36,077 nt of DNA from Promethearchaeota archaeon. Lineage in GTDB: Archaea > Asgardarchaeota > Lokiarchaeia > Sigyniarchaeales > SOKP01. Below are positions 27,001-33,000 of the stretch, piece by piece. Numbering within the stretch: the first letter of the stretch is position 1; the number at the start of each line of letters is the position of its first letter. The notes below the pieces were generated by a model, which had not been told where the DNA came from, made no database searches, and saw only the letters and a program-made list of their open reading frames with translations. The translations under genes were made by a program, and so were the position numbers. The stretch lies in assembly GCA_019057355.1 (NCBI GenBank), contig DXJM01000002.1:1-36077 (forward strand), in the 5' to 3' direction.

Positions 27001-30000
27001 TTGAACCATCCAATCATCATCATTCTCGCTGTTTGCAAAAGTGAAAAATAGACCATCAGACCAGAAAGACTCAGGATTGCGTTCTATTGAGTTGGAACTG
27101 TCTTTCACGACAAAAGGTCCGTAAAGATCACCAAGAATCTGGTATCCCTCGATGTAATTTCGTCCTTCATAATAATCTTCAGACCAAGAGAAATCAAGGG
27201 CATCAACATAACCAGTGAATCCCGTTGGGGAATTGTCGGTCTCAACCTGGAAATAAGTTGATTGGTTTTGATTTTGATAAAATGTGAATGTACCGAGTTT
27301 AATACCATTCACATATAAATGGTAATAATATTGACTCAATCCCTTATAATTACCATTCGTGCATTCAAAATCTATACGAAAATGATACCAGGTGTTTGGA
27401 GATCCTGTCATTCCTGAATCATGCCAACCTGATGAGTCGAGATATCCAATTTTATTTATTCCCAAGTAAACTTGAGCTAATCTATCCTCATCATTTTTAA
27501 TACCGGCATACAAATATTTTGCGCTTGTAGCGGTATTTGTTCTCATCCACCATTCGACTGTACCATTAGTTTGAGAAGTATATGTTTTTTTTAATTTAAT
27601 TGCTGCAGAACTGCTCGTGTCATCTAATTGAACAACTTTTCTATGTCCATCAATATTTTTAATTACATTAACCGAACCTCCGTCTTCAATGACAATAAAT
27701 TCTTCGGGATTTTCACCATCCTTGTCATTTTTAAAAGAATATATCGCGGGATAATCTTGGCTCGATTCAACACTAAACACATTTTCTTGAATTTCATTAT
27801 TTCTACCTTCATAATACCCTTCAGACCATGAATAATCAATTCCATCAATATATATTGAATAAGTATTTGGAGAATCGGTTCTTGAATGGATAGTTAACTT
27901 TCCAAAACTCGTGGGGCTACCCCAAAACTCATAACCATTTCCTTCATCAATGGAATTTCCATCTATCCATAAATGCCAGTCATCAGAAAGATCAAATTCT
28001 AATTTAAAATGATACCAACGATTGGCAGAAAACGGCATAATAGTATGCCATGATCCATCAAAATATTTAATATTGCCCGTCTCATCCATATATAAATAAA
28101 GTGAATCACTCGTAGAACCATCCTCAAGAGTTATATAACATCTATCGCTAGTAGTAGACATTCTCCACCAAAATTCAATCGTTGCTTTTGATATTTCATT
28201 CCATTCTTGAGACATTAATATCATATTAGATGTACTAGTATCTTTCATTTCGATCACATTACTATGCCCATCTAATTTCTTAATAATATCAATAGTCCCA
28301 CCTGTCTCATCGATGGTAAACATTGATGGATTTACTCCTGGATCCTCATAATAATCAGGATAACCAATATAATGACCTGAATCAATTTTTGGATCAAAAT
28401 ATAGATATTGAATCTTCCATTGTTCTTGCTCACCAATCTTTTTGGACCTGACTTCATAAGCAATGAAGATTGTATTATTAAATGCGTTATTTATTATTGG
28501 ATTAAGCATCTTGTAATATTCATAGTCATAATATTCTGTAAGGTCAGAAATGACCGATCTTTCCTGCAATTTATGTTGTTGGGAGTCGTATATGCAATGT
28601 TTGAACAATATTTCAGAAAAGTTTTCATTAAATGAGCTTGAATAGATTACATTCAATCGACCAAAAAAATCATATTTGAGATCTGCCTCGTTAGAGTTTT
28701 TTACATCAAAAAGGTCTTTCGAAACAGGGATGTCTTCATAAAAATTAAACATATCATCAGATACGTCGATATACACGTATCTTGAATCCTCATCAATCCT
28801 GCTCTCAAAAGAGACAGCAAGCTCTTTTTTAACATAAGATATACTAGTCAATAGTTCTTCCGGTAATTTAAACTCATCTTCAGTATATTTTACATAAAAA
28901 CAACAGTCTTCAATTTGCTCATCGTGAAACATTATGTTGATGTCATTATTACCATATGATCCAATGATTGAATAATTATTTCGATTCAAGCGAATAGCCA
29001 TATCTTCCACTTGGTCATAATCGAGTGGAGTGGGACTTATAAAGATGTCCTTAATTTTTTTTAAAGATGACGTACTCGAGTCGAGCAGTTCAGCAAGAGA
29101 ATAAATTTGAATATTTTCATTAAAACTACTTGATATCATCTTGTATTTTCTAGGGTCGTAAACGTCATGAAATTCATAATCATCAGGTAAAATAATCCTA
29201 TTATTTTCAAATTGAAGTGATTCAGGACCAAACTTAGTCAAGAAATCATTTTTGGAGTCAAATAATATTGTCTCAGTGCCAAATACATCTTTAACAGCGA
29301 TAGAGTTCAATTTATAAATATCATTGCTCGAATCAATCATTACATTCCAATTCCCATCGTATTTATATACCCTATCACTTATGCTTCCAAAAATATACCA
29401 TTCTCCATTTTTATATTGAATATCATAAGGCATCATATCTTCTGAACCAATGTAAAATGACTCGCCAGTGTAATTCCAAGTCCCATCATATTTAAGAACA
29501 TTTTTGGTCATCATATCAATGATATACCAATATGAACCATTCTTGTAAATGGAACCAGGTATAATTTCGCTAAGATTGTAGGCTTCACCGGAATACTCCC
29601 ATTGAGAATTGTATTTATAGACAGAAGATGTATTTAATCCAACCATCCACCAATATACTCCATCAAAAAATATATCCCAAGGCATAGGATCTTCTTGGGT
29701 TAAATCGTGTGAATCATCTTGATAGTTCCAAAGCTCATCATATTTACACGCGGTAAAGTTTGGATATCCGAGAACCCAATAATATTGCCCATCATGAGCT
29801 AAAGAATAGGGGTGTTGTAATTGATCACCCATATAGCGATTTTCCGATTCATAAGCAAATTTCTCATCATATTTATAAACATTGCCACTATCAAATCCCA
29901 AAATCCACCAGTCATCACCATCAGGAATTATGCCATATGGATCTGAGGTTTGATCATTAAGTAAGTAGGATTTTGCTCCAAACCAATCGAAATATAATTC

Positions 30001-33000
30001 CGTGCTGTTTTCAGCAATAATGGATGTATTTAGATACAGTGCTGTACTTGCTTCTGGTGATTCTATTTTTGCATCATAATTTACGGAATTTTCTTGATTA
30101 TCATCAATTCTTACAGGTTCAATAAAGACACCTCCGTTATAGCTGCTATCCAATCGAGCATAACACACGTGCTTTTTAATATCATTTGGGTTTTCATTAT
30201 CTCTTGAACCATTATCCATATTTATCCACGTTGTATTTTCAAAAATGAGGTGAACGATGCAATCTTGAGTTAGAACATTTCCATCTTCGTCATACTTGAT
30301 ATCTCGCGGTGTAATTGCAATATCTGGAGCAAGATAAGAGTGATAGTCAAGATCTGAAGGATCATAACTGACTACTTCCTTGATTTCTTCAAGCATAAAA
30401 TCAAATAAACTAATTCGACCATAATATATTGACCATTCTGTTTCTCCTTGAGAGTGTTGTTCAGTGTTCCTTTGCTGCCAAGTAAGGTGCAAGTCAGTTT
30501 CCGATAAAGCCATTGATGGTGCTAACTGGTAGGTATTGTCATCACCTGATTCATAAATTCTCTTGGGTGTTGAAAATTGACCATCAGGACGATATGCCCA
30601 CGTAAGATAAATTTTCCATAAATCCTCCTCGTTAAATTTTCCTGAAAAGAGAATAATGATCAAATTATTATTTGAAACTATCTTGGGCACGACATATCTT
30701 TGCCGAATTTCGTTAGTTATTGAATCTGAATCACCGAGACTCACGAATTCGTCCAAAATTTCACTTCCATAAGCATCAGATACATTGATGGGCATTCTGG
30801 AACTTTGAAGATCAAACACACCCATACCATTACCTTCCACCTCCCTCCACGTTGGGGGCATGTTAACACCATTAGAGGGGGAAAATATGGGATTTTCATA
30901 AGCATCTTCTGAAAATAATCCGCTGAAGTATTTCCACGAATTATCCTGTCGGAAATCATTGTAGAAATAGTTATTAGTAACAATTCCAGGATACTTGTTA
31001 TAAGATAAAATTTCATTTCCTAACGTAAGTGGATTATCAAAAGTCCATAAAAGAGGCTCTGCCGTGCCTAAGAGAGGGGAACTAAATTCATTATACCCAT
31101 CCTCAAATTCAAAACCTCGATAGTAAGTCGGTGGATAATTCACTTCTAAATGGGCATAATCAAACTTAATTTCGATTAGATCATTACTATCGACAATGTT
31201 ATCATAAATCAAATTAATGATAATTTTAATGCTAAATCTTTGTCCTCCTTCGGTGAAGAAATCCCTAAGATCTACATTCACTACTTCCCAACTCGAGGTT
31301 GTTGAAGTGATTGGTTCCTGAAAATGGACTTCTTCATGGACTAAATATCCGTTTCTAATCAATTGTGTCTTTACCAAACCGGTGATCTGATCTGAACCAC
31401 CATTAATGATTTTCACCATATCATAACTTAATTTAAACTTCGCGGAATCGGCAATCGTTCCAATATAGGTCAAAGTAGGACTTTCAATAAATACATTTTC
31501 TGAGTTTGAAATGGTCCTATAGATATAATCAGGATTTCCAGAATATTCAGTGAAAATTGGAGATTCTGTCCATGAAATTTCGTTATTATTAAATTCATGA
31601 TGGTAAATTAAGGCACTGGTGGTTTGGAATTCATTCTTGTTAAAAAAATTAATATCAGTTCCGTTCGTAGTTCTTTGAATCTCATTTATTTCTTGATAAC
31701 TCGTGTGTATATACTTATTTTTAGTTATCTCACAATCTTCGATATGGGAAGTGGTCTTGTAAAATGCATTTTGTTCCCCATTAAAAAAGATTTTACCTTG
31801 GGTATATTCTTTGAACCTGCTATAAGTAAGATGCTTGTAAGAGATTATACCATCAGGTCCAATTTGATAATCTGTCAATTTTTTAAATACTGGTTTTAAA
31901 CCTTCACGTTCTGTTATATACAATGAGACTTCCCCTTGAACTATTTCCTGTAAAGAATTTTCCATTCGAGTATTAAAAAAGTTGTTCCACCCCAACCCAT
32001 CATTATTTTCTTCGCAATAAATGCTCCCTCGAGGATAAATTAAATCTGATTGGTTAAGATTGTTTGAATCTAAATTATCATAATAAGGATTAAAATAGAT
32101 TTTATCTTTTTGAATATCAATATTAAAAACAAGTGGATCAGAGACCTTGCCCAACGTGAGCAGTAAATCCTGAACCCAGTACACTTGCATTTCATAACTC
32201 CCGGGTATAATATCCCTCTGAACGTCAGTGAAATCTATTTCGAGAACCACTAATTGTTTCAAGAAAGGAGTGCGAAGGGTTTTAGAGGTCAGAATATGAT
32301 TCATCCGGAAAAGATCTGAATGTTCTCCTTCTAAGTATATTTCTTTGGCAATCAGTTTCACGACCAAGGTGCGAGCCTCAAAAATCCCGATGGATACTTG
32401 AGGAATTCTCACAAGTAAAAGGCCATTAAAAGTCAAATCTGTAAGATTTTCAGGTGATTTGTAAAAGATTAGAGAATTAACATCATATGAATAATCTTGA
32501 TTATTTCTATGATATTGGGGCGCAACCGTAAATTCAACATCGGGTTGCTGGAGTGCAGTAAGCGTTCCTGGGAAGCATCCAATAAGGAAAGGAAAGATCA
32601 TTAAAAAGAGTACCACCATTATGGCTAAAAGTTTTTTTCTATATTCTATTTTTGTATATTGTTCGGGAGTCTTCCAGGGATGGGTGATTAAGTAGATTTG
32701 GTTCTTAAATGAGTCCATAGATGAAATACCTTTTTTTCGAATCAAGTCTGCCCGTCGATTCGATTTAAGGCGCGATCGGGGAAAGAAAATGCCGATAATG
32801 CCTGCCATAATGAAAAAAGAGGTTACTGATAACAAGGTATCATAATAGGCAAACAAAAAGAAGAGCAATAAAAAGGAACCGATAAACAAGGTTATAATAC
32901 AGATCACGTATTTTATGGTATCATAAACATCCTTTGCTGAGGATATCATCGTTCTCCTTAAACTTTTCCTCTTTTTAAATCTCTTTTTCGATAATATCCA

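Noticed and set aside
31324-31338. HEEVH (HExxH zinc-metalloprotease-like motif) in ...NGYLVHEEVHFQEP...
   Set aside because: One chance HExxH is not unlikely in more than 11,000 residues. The charged Glu in the middle, the lack of a downstream third ligand motif (E-x-x-x-D, or G-x-x-H/N-E-x-x-S-D) and the beta-rich context do not support a zincin active site.
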